A DNA stretch of 64,000 bases from Methanotrichaceae archaeon (GTDB lineage Archaea; Halobacteriota; Methanosarcinia; Methanotrichales; Methanotrichaceae). Below the pieces are notes generated by a model, which did not search any database, had not been told where the DNA came from, and saw nothing but the letters and a program-made list of their open reading frames with translations. Both the position numbers and the translations under genes were made by a program. Below, piece after piece: positions 1 through 8,612 of the stretch. How positions within the stretch are numbered: the first letter of the stretch is position 1; each line of letters opens with the position of its first letter. The stretch covers positions 128,001-192,000 of the forward strand of contig CAWDLW010000023.1 of NCBI GenBank assembly GCA_963803145.1, given 5' to 3'.

Positions 1-1527
1 TGTTGGAACAAATTCTCGGCGTTTTATGAACGTAACTCGGGGGATGCTCAATATGAGCCATCACCTGTAGGATATATGCTTCAAGGCGGATTGGAGCTAT
101 TGAGAAGCATAGATTCCAAGATAGGACTATTCTTCTTTTTGAACTCTAATCTTGCCGGAGTAAGCAAAGATTCCAAGCTCACGAACATAAAATCATTGGT
201 TTATAACAGAGCTAAGTTCTTGACTAACCACGATCCGATATTAGATAATGAAGCAGATTATTCTGATACGCTTGCAGATTGGTCTTTAGATCATGGATCT
301 TGTGGACTAGCTAATCATGGTGTGCCGGAGTGGGACGGTTCCGCATTTCAGTCTGGAACTAGATTCAATCTGGATAATATTGGCGGTATTCGTAGATATC
401 GTACTGGAGATCCCGACATTCAATCAAATCTAGCTATCGATGAATACAGCTATTCGGGAGAAGATATGTTAACTCATGATTGGCCTGGGTCTTTCATGAT
501 ACTGGTTGATCATGCTTTTCCAACATATCTTAAGCCGGGCGAATTTGAAAAAGGAGATTATCATCTTAGCGTACCATGGCTATTCCATGACGTAGCTAAT
601 CTAGCATTTGATAAATTTTTCTTAAGGCTTGGCTATGAGCTTCAGTTCGAGAATTTGTTAGATGGCTATGTTTATATGAATGCAAAAAGCGAGATCTCCA
701 GAGATACCGGACGCCAATTCATTCATAACATTGATAACGCATATGTCATAAAAAAGATACCTGCAAACCCTGTTCCTAACGAAATTGTAGCCATATCAGC
801 AGTTCCGCAGGCGGTCAGCTCTCTTGAAAGGACATTAACCACTTGGATAACTCAGGTGGTGAATGTTCAAGATATCTCGGGTCCTGACCTTCTGAATTAT
901 ATAACTGATTTGTATAACGATGATCCAGCCCAATACACTATATCAATTCTGGCGGAGGAATGGCTTCTCCGGCCGGGAGATTACATCTGGGTCCAGGCAG
1001 CTAATGAAGGCTTAAGAAAATTGAGGACTCGCCAGGTTACTATTCTGAAAGGCAGATCTGAACTTATTGCAGGCAAGCGGTATCTAGCCTTAAATCCTCA
1101 ATGGGGAGCTTGGAAAAAGGCTTCAGCATCGAAGGAAACAGACCATCTAATTCAGTCTTTGGCCATTGATTTTAACGCGCCGGGAGGTTCAAAAACATTT
1201 GACGTCCTCTATCACGAATTTGGAACAGAGGTTAAGCTATCCCTGAATTGGACTCTCTGGGTAGCTCAAGGCCAAACTGCGCCGATTCTATCTCAAGACA
1301 TTTTCATAGTTGTTAAAGTCGATGGCTTTATAGTAACGCCAGGCAGGATTTATTGTTCAAATACAGGCGGGACGCTTCTTGATTTATCTAGGTGGTGTCC
1401 TCAGGGTGCTACTCATACTATTCAAATTATTATGAAAAACGGCATAGCGCCAGACAGCCGGTACGGGCATAAAATTTCAGGAACGATAAATCAATATGCG
1501 ATAGTTGAGGCCCTTCAGAATACTTAG
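1..1527 (+). CDS. Putative proviral tail/baseplate hub-like protein, 5' end outside window; paralog of the next gene
   Basis: Frame is open from base 1 (CWNKFSAF...). Shares blocks with 1536..3806 (FDKFFLRLGYELQFENLLDGYVYM; WLLRPGDYIWV; LIAGKR; IVTPGRI). Confidence 0.6.
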   Translation, partial: CWNKFSAFYERNSGDAQYEPSPVGYMLQGGLELLRSIDSKIGLFFFLNSNLAGVSKDSKLTNIKSLVYNRAKFLTNHDPILDNEADYSDTLADWSLDHGSCGLANHGVPEWDGSAFQSGTRFNLDNIGGIRRYRTGDPDIQSNLAIDEYSYSGEDMLTHDWPGSFMILVDHAFPTYLKPGEFEKGDYHLSVPWLFHDVANLAFDKFFLRLGYELQFENLLDGYVYMNAKSEISRDTGRQFIHNIDNAYVIKKIPANPVPNEIVAISAVPQAVSSLERTLTTWITQVVNVQDISGPDLLNYITDLYNDDPAQYTISILAEEWLLRPGDYIWVQAANEGLRKLRTRQVTILKGRSELIAGKRYLALNPQWGAWKKASASKETDHLIQSLAIDFNAPGGSKTFDVLYHEFGTEVKLSLNWTLWVAQGQTAPILSQDIFIVVKVDGFIVTPGRIYCSNTGGTLLDLSRWCPQGATHTIQIIMKNGIAPDSRYGHKISGTINQYAIVEALQNT

Positions 1528-1535
1528 GAGGATCT

Positions 1536-3806
1536 ATGGCCGAGGTTTATATTATTGCAATAATATCAAGCAAATCATCTTTAAATGCTGGAGATGCAAA
1601 ATATGATCTGAGCGCTTCGGCGTCTATAGCCAATTTTTCATCAATTTCAGGGATAGCTGAAATTGATATAGAGCCTTATGTACCGATCTATAACCTCAGC
1701 CGGGTTCTTGCTGCAGCCTCGAGGGAGAGAGTTCAGGAATATTCTGCTCTAATTAGCTCCAGGTCCCCAGTTGTTGCGGACTATGAAACGACGCAGCTGA
1801 TATTGATCAATGCAAGCCTATTCTCTCAGTCCTCGGCCAGGGCATCTTTTTATATCGGGCAGCTGCAGGAGATTTCAGCCTCGATAGATAGCATTTCTTC
1901 AGCCCATGCGAGCTTATCATGGTCTGCTTTTCTGGAGTCGATCTCGAGACTCGAGGCCAATGATGAGATTACCATAGAGGATAAATCAAGCATAAAGTCA
2001 GGATCCGGGATTTTAGCCATTCCAGAGATTCTTATTGAGGACTCAGCTGATATCCTATCGATTTCTGATGTTAAGCCTATATTCTCTTATTTCATTGCCT
2101 CCGTAGCTCAAACAATATTAGCTAACGGCTTTTATTTCCGTGGCCTGGGTGGAGGCTCAGATTATCAGCCATTCAAAGCCAAAATCGTAACATACAAGCA
2201 ATATGCCCAGAATCCAATCAAGGCAGATGAGCTTGTTTATACCTGTTCTATACATGAGCCGGCGCCCGCTCTACAGCAGGTAATCTTTGTAGATCAAGGA
2301 GAGCATGTTTTCAATGGTCTCATAACCAAAGCCGAGGATAACAAAAATTTTTGGAAAATAACTTGTCGGTCGATGGCCTATACATTAGATTTCAGAAGAA
2401 TCCCAGAGGTAGTTTATGGAGCAGGCTTAGCGCTAAATGATATACTTTCATCGGATTTGCCTTCATTATCTCCCCCGAAAATAGGTGTCTTATTCTTAAT
2501 TAGTAGCACCATCTCAGAGGGTCTATGGACTGCCTATAATGCGTATGCTCATAAGTTACCTAAGGGAGGCTTAAAGAGTCAAATTCAGGATTCGGACCTT
2601 TATGTATTTACCAGCATGCCATTCATAACCGACTTCGATGCATATGATGGAATTATCCATCTTTCCGAGGTAGGCAACATCCCGCCAGGCCCGAACCAAT
2701 CTTCGAGGGATGAAGATTATCTTTATATCAGGGTCGGAGATGATTCTTACTGGCCTAATGCGTTCCATGTAGCGGCTCCATATAAATTCGATTGCCAAAT
2801 ACGGTTTGGCGGTATCGATATAGGAGAATATACTAACACTATACCATTCTCTTTAGGCGGGTTAGCATCAAAGAATTTCGACGACTTCTTTATCAATATC
2901 GGTCGAGAGCTTCAATTTAAAAATGGTCTTGATGGCTGCGTTTACATGTTTCTTGCTGCAGAATGCAGCAGAGGATCACCGTCAAGTCCAGTTCGATATA
3001 TCAACGATGGCGAGGACGATTTCAGAATTTTAAGGATCAACCAGAAAGATCCTAATGTTCAAGCGGCAATAGGGATAGACTCAAATGATGCAGCCCAGCC
3101 TGAATATTCGATAACAGATTATGATAAGACCTCCGATATCCAGCTTTTCAAAGTATTTGATCGCAAAGGAGCTGAAAAGGATGAAACTCTATTTCAGTTA
3201 CAGCAGATCATAGATAACAACGATGATAGCTTTTCGGCAACCTCAAGAAATGTAGATTGGCATCTGAAAGTTGGAGATTGGCTAGTTTTACATAGGGATG
3301 ATTACGGCACTTTCCAGGTTAGGATCAGAGAGATAGATTATGATAATGGAATTCAAAGCTTAATATGCGGTAAAAGATTATTCACAGTAAGTAATAAATT
3401 TGGCGAGTATCTGAGAAAATCTATTCCATCCAGAGCAACGCCAATACAGACCACTGCGTTAGCAGGCGGAGCAGGAAGTTTTGTAATAAAGGCTTCTGAT
3501 GTCCAGGCCGGAGGCTTGGTAATCTATTTCGAGGACTCATTTGATACCTCTAACGAATCTGATATCTCGGTCCAGGTAGGAAGCTATTGTGATCTTCTAA
3601 TCAATAGTAAGATAGTTCCTCCAGGCAGGATCAAGCTGATCGATCAAACCAGCGTTAAAATCGATATAACGGACTATTGCAATATGTCATCAAGCGTAGA
3701 TACAACAAATACTGTAACAAGGAATTTCTATCAGGCTTCAGGCTGGTCCAGCCAGGGAGCTAAAATCACTCAATGGAGAGCTCTTAAGTTCCTCTCGCCG
3801 TTATAA
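1536..3806 (+). CDS. Putative proviral tail hub (Tal/gp27-like) protein with Ser/Ala/Ile-rich repetitive N-terminus
   Basis: GGAGG RBS; hub-like motifs VFNGLITKAED..WKITCRS and LKVGDWLVL..FQVRIREIDYD; next to an integrase. Confidence 0.6.
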   Translation: MAEVYIIAIISSKSSLNAGDAKYDLSASASIANFSSISGIAEIDIEPYVPIYNLSRVLAAASRERVQEYSALISSRSPVVADYETTQLILINASLFSQSSARASFYIGQLQEISASIDSISSAHASLSWSAFLESISRLEANDEITIEDKSSIKSGSGILAIPEILIEDSADILSISDVKPIFSYFIASVAQTILANGFYFRGLGGGSDYQPFKAKIVTYKQYAQNPIKADELVYTCSIHEPAPALQQVIFVDQGEHVFNGLITKAEDNKNFWKITCRSMAYTLDFRRIPEVVYGAGLALNDILSSDLPSLSPPKIGVLFLISSTISEGLWTAYNAYAHKLPKGGLKSQIQDSDLYVFTSMPFITDFDAYDGIIHLSEVGNIPPGPNQSSRDEDYLYIRVGDDSYWPNAFHVAAPYKFDCQIRFGGIDIGEYTNTIPFSLGGLASKNFDDFFINIGRELQFKNGLDGCVYMFLAAECSRGSPSSPVRYINDGEDDFRILRINQKDPNVQAAIGIDSNDAAQPEYSITDYDKTSDIQLFKVFDRKGAEKDETLFQLQQIIDNNDDSFSATSRNVDWHLKVGDWLVLHRDDYGTFQVRIREIDYDNGIQSLICGKRLFTVSNKFGEYLRKSIPSRATPIQTTALAGGAGSFVIKASDVQAGGLVIYFEDSFDTSNESDISVQVGSYCDLLINSKIVPPGRIKLIDQTSVKIDITDYCNMSSSVDTTNTVTRNFYQASGWSSQGAKITQWRALKFLSPL

Positions 3807-3834
3807 AATAGATACAAAATAGCTATGAGGTAGC

Positions 3835-4989
3835 ATGCCCGAATATATGAAGCTTGGAATTCTTGATTTAACAAATCGAGTCTATGGAGGGTTTAATTTC
3901 TTCGGCGGCCAATGGGAGATCAAGCAGGATGGAGCCAGGTCTTTAAAGACCGGCGCAAGAAAAGATGTTCCAGATGGCACTTATGTAAGGTTCAATGTCT
4001 ATTTCAAGACCGATGCCGAGATGCATACATTCATGCAGTATGTAGCAGGCAAAGACGAGGACGCGAACATCCAGTTATGGGTTCGTACTTCAGATTGGTA
4101 TTTCAAGGTCTGGGGAATCCAGGTCCTCCAGCTGCCGACAAGCCAAGAAAACCCTATGGATTGGATGCTTTACGGCTATCAGGTCACTTGCTATTTATAT
4201 TCTCCATGGACTTATAGCAATAATCCCTTACATTGGGTCCCGTCAAGCCCTGCAACGTTACCTCAAACATATAGCTCCTTGAATAACTCCGATGGACATT
4301 ATAATTCAAGCTTCGACGATCTGATAATTCAATGCTTTTATGATTCAGCCCATGTAAAGGCCCTTGCAGCTGCTATAGCCTCCGGTGGATCAATAAAGAT
4401 AACAGATGAAGCTCTAAGCGACGAAATCTTTGAATTGCTGGCCAATGATAAAAGGTTACTTGAAACCTACGAGGACCTATTTCTTAGCTCTACCAAAATG
4501 ACCCAAGATTCTACGGGTACGGCCAACTTTTCCACTGATCATATGAGGATAGATGACGGCGAATACCAGATTTACAAGCTATCAGGCCCTATTAATGTGC
4601 GATATCCTATAAAAATGACTGCCAACTTTGCCATTGATGCCGGAGGGGCTACGAATAAAGCTTATGTCGATATCTCGCCTGATGGCGAGGCATGGACTAC
4701 GGTAATCGATAGCCGCATGTTTCTTTTAGGACAGGATAACGTTTACTACCTAAATGGCTCAGAGTATATGAAAGACGTTTATGTTAGGTTCAGGTCAGAT
4801 ACAGGTACAGCTGGCAAATACTTCAAGATATATCATCTGAAGTTTGAGGTCGAACGCTGGGTTCCAGCTGGGTCTGCGCCAGTTTTAGCCGTTAACGAAA
4901 TTCAGCCAATGACTATAAGCTGCGATGAGAATTTTTCTAAGAAAGTTGCTATAGATTGCACTTATAGACCTGTTAGGCTTTGGAGCTAG
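3835..4989 (+). CDS. Putative distal tail (Dit-like) protein with inserted jelly-roll domain
   Basis: GAGGT RBS; YQVTCYLYSPWTY resembles the Dit motif; VDISPDGEAWTTV..VYVRFR resembles carbohydrate-binding inserts. Confidence 0.45.
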   Translation: MPEYMKLGILDLTNRVYGGFNFFGGQWEIKQDGARSLKTGARKDVPDGTYVRFNVYFKTDAEMHTFMQYVAGKDEDANIQLWVRTSDWYFKVWGIQVLQLPTSQENPMDWMLYGYQVTCYLYSPWTYSNNPLHWVPSSPATLPQTYSSLNNSDGHYNSSFDDLIIQCFYDSAHVKALAAAIASGGSIKITDEALSDEIFELLANDKRLLETYEDLFLSSTKMTQDSTGTANFSTDHMRIDDGEYQIYKLSGPINVRYPIKMTANFAIDAGGATNKAYVDISPDGEAWTTVIDSRMFLLGQDNVYYLNGSEYMKDVYVRFRSDTGTAGKYFKIYHLKFEVERWVPAGSAPVLAVNEIQPMTISCDENFSKKVAIDCTYRPVRLWS

Positions 4990-5064
4990 ATTCTTCTTTT
5001 TCGGATTTCTACTTTAATATAACAGAAGCTATTGTAGTTGGCTCGCGCGCTTCAAAGTAGCACG

Positions 5065-5129
5065 GTGACATCCTCCCTACCCCTAAAGAGTTAAGGCTTC
5101 CTTCCTCTAGAGGTGGGAGTGGATGTCAC
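5065..5129. repeat. Imperfect inverted repeat with IS200/IS605-like CCCTAAAG motif (mini element or scar)
   Basis: GTGACATCC (5065-5073) / GGATGTCAC (5121-5129) with further imperfect pairing inside. Confidence 0.55.
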
Positions 5130-5292
5130 ATAGCTTAATTCCGGTACCTCGCAGCCTTCTTTGTTGCATTTATGCAAATATCTCAATGGATGTAAGCAAA
5201 AGATTCCATATTCGTAAGGACATAGTTTTTCTTCGTCCATAATATCCTTCATTCGTCGTTTTTTTGCGAGTCATTTTCTAACATTTGATACA

Positions 5293-5532
5293 TTAATCTC
5301 TTCCGGGGATCAGGTCAGCCTCTGCTTTTGCAGCATCCTCGACAGGCACAGATCCGCCGATGCAATATGCGATCCGCCAGGGATACTTCGAGGTCTTCTT
5401 TAGCTTTCGCATATGGCTATCCGCCGCCTGCTTATCGCCGAATATCGCGAAAACAACTGTTCTCTCAGGATTGTTCGGGTCTGGCCTGCGATCGAGTATA
5501 GCTATATCAGCCTTTGCTTCTATTGTTTTCAT
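5293..5532 (-). CDS. Small hypothetical protein (79 aa) directly downstream of the integrase
   Basis: ATG at 5532 just after the integrase stop, which suggests translational coupling. Confidence 0.55.
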   Translation of the reverse strand: MKTIEAKADIAILDRRPDPNNPERTVVFAIFGDKQAADSHMRKLKKTSKYPWRIAYCIGGSVPVEDAAKAEADLIPGRD

Positions 5533-5536
5533 TTTC

Positions 5537-6505
5537 TCACACCCCCAGCTGTGGTATGCATGCCAGATACTTTTCTCTGACAAGTTCCATATCAATTTTA
5601 TTATACCTGTGGAAAGCTAGCCCCCTCATGGAATCTCCCCTCAGGACCATAATATATTCTGTGGGCATACCAGCTCTCCATAAATATGTGGTGAACCAAT
5701 GCCTGCAGCAGTGCGCCGTGAACTGATCCTCCAGTCTGGAAGAGTTCGGATTATGAAGCCCGACACGCTCGGCATGGGCTTTGATGATCTCATTTATTTG
5801 CCAGCCAGTTATACGGCCGGATATCCCTCCTGGAAAGAGAGCCTCGCTGCCATGAGATCTATACTTTCTGGCCTGCAACCAGGCCTCCAGGACATCCGCA
5901 GTCTCGTTGTCGAAGAATAATAGCCTGTTGGAACGCTTAGCTGTCGGCTTCAGAAGGATCTCCATTTTTTCCAGATTGACATCAGATACATCGAGATTGC
6001 GCATCTCTTCTCTTCTCATACCCATCTTCAGAAGACTCCATACGATCGCCCTATCTCTGCTGTTTAATATCGAGTTTGCAAGCTTTGATGCGTCCTTGAT
6101 GCTTATTAGCTGTCTTGACTCCTGATAGCTATCCTCTTTATACCTATGCAAATACCGTTGCTTGAATGGGATAATTGGATTGTAGGCGATCATATGCTTA
6201 TATGCCAAGAACGAATAGAATTGTGATAAGCTGGCAAATATGCGATTCAGGCTAGATGGTTTGAGGCTCCTGGATTTAAGGTCTATAAGATACGCCTCCA
6301 TATCGCTTTCTTCGACCTCCAGAGGAGTCTTTCCACGGGCCTGCAGGAATCCAATGAATGCGCGGGTATATGTCATAGAGGCCTTGGGATTTATACCCCT
6401 CAAAATACAATCAGCCTTAAACTTATTTGCTAAATCTTCGGGAGAGAAAGTATCCTTTTCCAGGCCTTGAAAGTCAATTGTTTTGGCAGCATTCATCTGA
6501 TCCAC
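5537..6505 (-). CDS. Tyrosine recombinase/integrase (XerC/D-like)
   Basis: N-terminal SAM-like domain; GMRREE (R), KPTAKR (K), HCCRH (HxxR), LRGD, catalytic Tyr in HRYNK. Confidence 0.93.
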   Translation of the reverse strand: MDQMNAAKTIDFQGLEKDTFSPEDLANKFKADCILRGINPKASMTYTRAFIGFLQARGKTPLEVEESDMEAYLIDLKSRSLKPSSLNRIFASLSQFYSFLAYKHMIAYNPIIPFKQRYLHRYKEDSYQESRQLISIKDASKLANSILNSRDRAIVWSLLKMGMRREEMRNLDVSDVNLEKMEILLKPTAKRSNRLLFFDNETADVLEAWLQARKYRSHGSEALFPGGISGRITGWQINEIIKAHAERVGLHNPNSSRLEDQFTAHCCRHWFTTYLWRAGMPTEYIMVLRGDSMRGLAFHRYNKIDMELVREKYLACIPQLGV

Positions 6506-6999
6506 TTCCAGCCATTATTAGTTTCCTTCACGAGGCCAAAACGTCTCAACTCCTCAAGCTGATTAGAAACCAATTTAACAGCCATAGAATCGGAAGGGTC
6601 GATTTTTAGGGCCTTGAAGATATCATAATCCGCTATTGCTCTCCCTTTCTTGAGTATCCCTATCAGCTCGGGGCTATATTCTTCAGCTTCGTCGGAAGCC
6701 AACCTTTCGAATGCCTTGTGGCGCAGCTTGAAGAGTTCCGACTCGTTTTGCGCTATTATAACGTTCTTCTGGCGGAGTTCTTCCTGCAGGGCAATGAGGT
6801 CTCTTTTAAGCTCAATATTATCTTGTGCCAAATCGCTTCTCTCTTTAGCCGGAGGCATGGCAGATCTTCCTCGTTCGAACAATTCTAAAATATATTGATT
6901 AGTCGAAGAGCCGCATTTTTCAGCTTCCTTTGCACAATCATCTAAATATTCTTGCGACGGTGGATAGATTGTAAACTGGATCTGCCCTTTCCGAGCCAT
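6493..6999 (-). CDS. Integrase-associated regulator (N-terminal RHH-like, coiled coil, C-terminal wHTH)
   Basis: QFTIYPPS..AEKCGSSTNQYILE RHH-like pattern; LEELRRFGLVKETNNGW wHTH wing; overlaps the integrase start. Confidence 0.7.
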   Translation of the reverse strand: MARKGQIQFTIYPPSQEYLDDCAKEAEKCGSSTNQYILELFERGRSAMPPAKERSDLAQDNIELKRDLIALQEELRQKNVIIAQNESELFKLRHKAFERLASDEAEEYSPELIGILKKGRAIADYDIFKALKIDPSDSMAVKLVSNQLEELRRFGLVKETNNGWKWIR

Positions 7000-7000
7000 A

Positions 7001-7028
7001 ATACCAGATAGCCCATCTGGTATATAAA
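7001..7028 (-). promoter_or_regulatory. TATA box with overlapping 9-bp perfect inverted repeat (operator)
   Basis: ATACCAGAT-N5-ATCTGGTAT at 7001-7023; TTTATATA on the minus strand at 7021-7028; leaderless ATG at 6999. Confidence 0.65.
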
Positions 7029-7039
7029 CTGTACAGGTA

Positions 7040-7153
7040 CTAATCTTCGCTCTTCAGAATGATCATCTTCCTGCGGATAGGATTCTCCAGGGCGTGGTGC
7101 ACCAGGGCCATCTCTTCGGGCGACTGTGGCTTGGCCTTGCGTCCGATTTCCAT
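7040..7153 (-). pseudogene. Truncated N-terminus of an ArsR/SmtB-like HTH regulator (37 aa)
   Basis: MEIGRKAKPQSPEEMALVHHALENPIRRKMIILKSED*; ALxNPxRxxII is the ArsR helix-1/2 signature and the HTH is missing. Confidence 0.7.
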
Positions 7154-7338
7154 ATAAGTTAATTGGGCAGAAGCTATGAATAAAATTTGCTCATTTGGAC
7201 ATCTTTATGGATGCCGTCTTTTCTGACCATAAAAATTAATCGTGTCGAATATTTGGATTAACCCAAAGATAGTAATATTCGCTATAATAGTCTTTCTTTC
7301 GACTAATTGCCTAATAAATTCAAGCTTTGAAGTTTAGT

Positions 7339-7407
7339 CTTTGTGCCTTCGTGTCTTTGTGGTGAGCGTTCAGTGCTTGCCAACCACAAAGGCACAAAGT
7401 CACGAAG
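7339..7407. repeat. 25-bp imperfect inverted repeat built from CTTYGTG subunits (REP-like)
   Basis: CTTTGTGCCTTCGTGTCTTTGTGGT ... ACCACAAAGGCACAAAGTCACGAAG. Confidence 0.7.
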
Positions 7408-7499
7408 AACGCTTAAGGGAATTTGGGATTAAGATACGAAATGTATAAGGTAAAAGAACTGAGAGAAGCACTATAAAAGTAGCATTCGCTATTAACAAG

Positions 7500-8087
7500 G
7501 TGAAATTTATGGATGAAGACTTCAAGAAAGCCGTCGAGTTTCACGGCCACACCTGCCCGGGGCTTGCAATAGGCTACAGGGTTGCAAAATACATCAAGGG
7601 CAACTACCCGAGGTCAAAGGACGAAGAGCTTGTCTGTATTGTTGAGAACAAATCATGCAGCGTCGACGCTATTCAGGCCCTTTTGAGCTGTACCTTTGGC
7701 AAGGGCAACCTTATCTTCGTAGACAACGGAAAGCAGGTCTTCACATTCTATTCTCGCGACAAGGGCAAAGCCCTAAGGATATACTTCAAAGGCGACATCT
7801 TCAAGCGCCTGGACGAGCTGAGACAGAAAGATGCAAATGGCAAGCTTAGTCCTGATGAGAAAAAAGAGCTTGAGGGCATGAGGGAGCAGATAATCCAGAA
7901 GGTACTGAGCGCACCTGATAAGGAGCTTCTATCGGTAAAAGAGGTGGATATTCCAGCGCCTGAGAAGGCACATATCTATCCGTCACTTAGCTGTCAGGAA
8001 TGTGGCGAAAACTTCATGGAGATCAAAGGTAGAACAGCCAACGGCAAAGTGGTCTGCAAGGATTGCTTCGAGAGGCTGGTTTGCTAA
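7500..8087 (+). CDS. fmdE: FmdE family protein with C-terminal zinc finger
   Basis: FHGHTCPGLAIG, CSVDAIQ..CTFGKGNL, CQECGE...VCKDC. Confidence 0.9.
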   Translation: MKFMDEDFKKAVEFHGHTCPGLAIGYRVAKYIKGNYPRSKDEELVCIVENKSCSVDAIQALLSCTFGKGNLIFVDNGKQVFTFYSRDKGKALRIYFKGDIFKRLDELRQKDANGKLSPDEKKELEGMREQIIQKVLSAPDKELLSVKEVDIPAPEKAHIYPSLSCQECGENFMEIKGRTANGKVVCKDCFERLVC

Positions 8088-8174
8088 AATTTGTGGCCAT
8101 TATGTCCGATAATACAGCTTGAGATGTATCACTATCATATTTACTGCCGAACTCTGTAATCATCCCGAGGTATT

Positions 8175-8612
8175 ATGAAAGAAGAGAACAAAAAGCTGGT
8201 CAACGATCTGCTGGATCACAGCAGCTCGCTGGCAGAGGATATATTCGATGATAGCCAGGATATGCTTGGCCTTGTGCCCTTCATCTTAAATATCATGGCT
8301 AAGAGGCCCGCGTTCTTGATCTTCTCCAGCCTAAAGGATTTTTATGCGCTCAGACCAAAAAGCCTGGATGCCAAGACCGCTGAGCTTCTTGCGGTAGCTG
8401 CAGCGGCGAGCGCAGGCGCAGACAACTGCCTGAAGGTGCATATGCAAGCAGCAGAGCGCGCCGGCGCAAGCAAAGACGAAATTCTGGATGCCATATTCAT
8501 CGCTGCTGTTATCGGCCAGTCGAAAGTGCTTGCAACTTCCCTCAGAGCCTTCCAGGAATTTGATGAAAAAGGCGATGGAGAAAAATCGAAGGAAGTTGAT
8601 CTAGATGCATAG
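8175..8612 (+). CDS. Carboxymuconolactone decarboxylase/AhpD-like protein
   Basis: LDAKTAELLAVAAAA...CLKVHMQAA..AGASKDEI. Confidence 0.85.
   Translation: MKEENKKLVNDLLDHSSSLAEDIFDDSQDMLGLVPFILNIMAKRPAFLIFSSLKDFYALRPKSLDAKTAELLAVAAAASAGADNCLKVHMQAAERAGASKDEILDAIFIAAVIGQSKVLATSLRAFQEFDEKGDGEKSKEVDLDA

Larger units (their letters stand above)
1..7050. mobile_element. Right end of a probable integrated tailed virus (provirus)
   Basis: Tail-like genes plus a tyrosine integrase operon, ending at a truncated host gene (7040..7153). Confidence 0.6.

Noticed and set aside
1-4989. Diversity-generating retroelement acting on tail genes
   Set aside because: No reverse transcriptase and no TR/VR pair with adenine-specific mismatches seen; the paralogy is old and at protein level.
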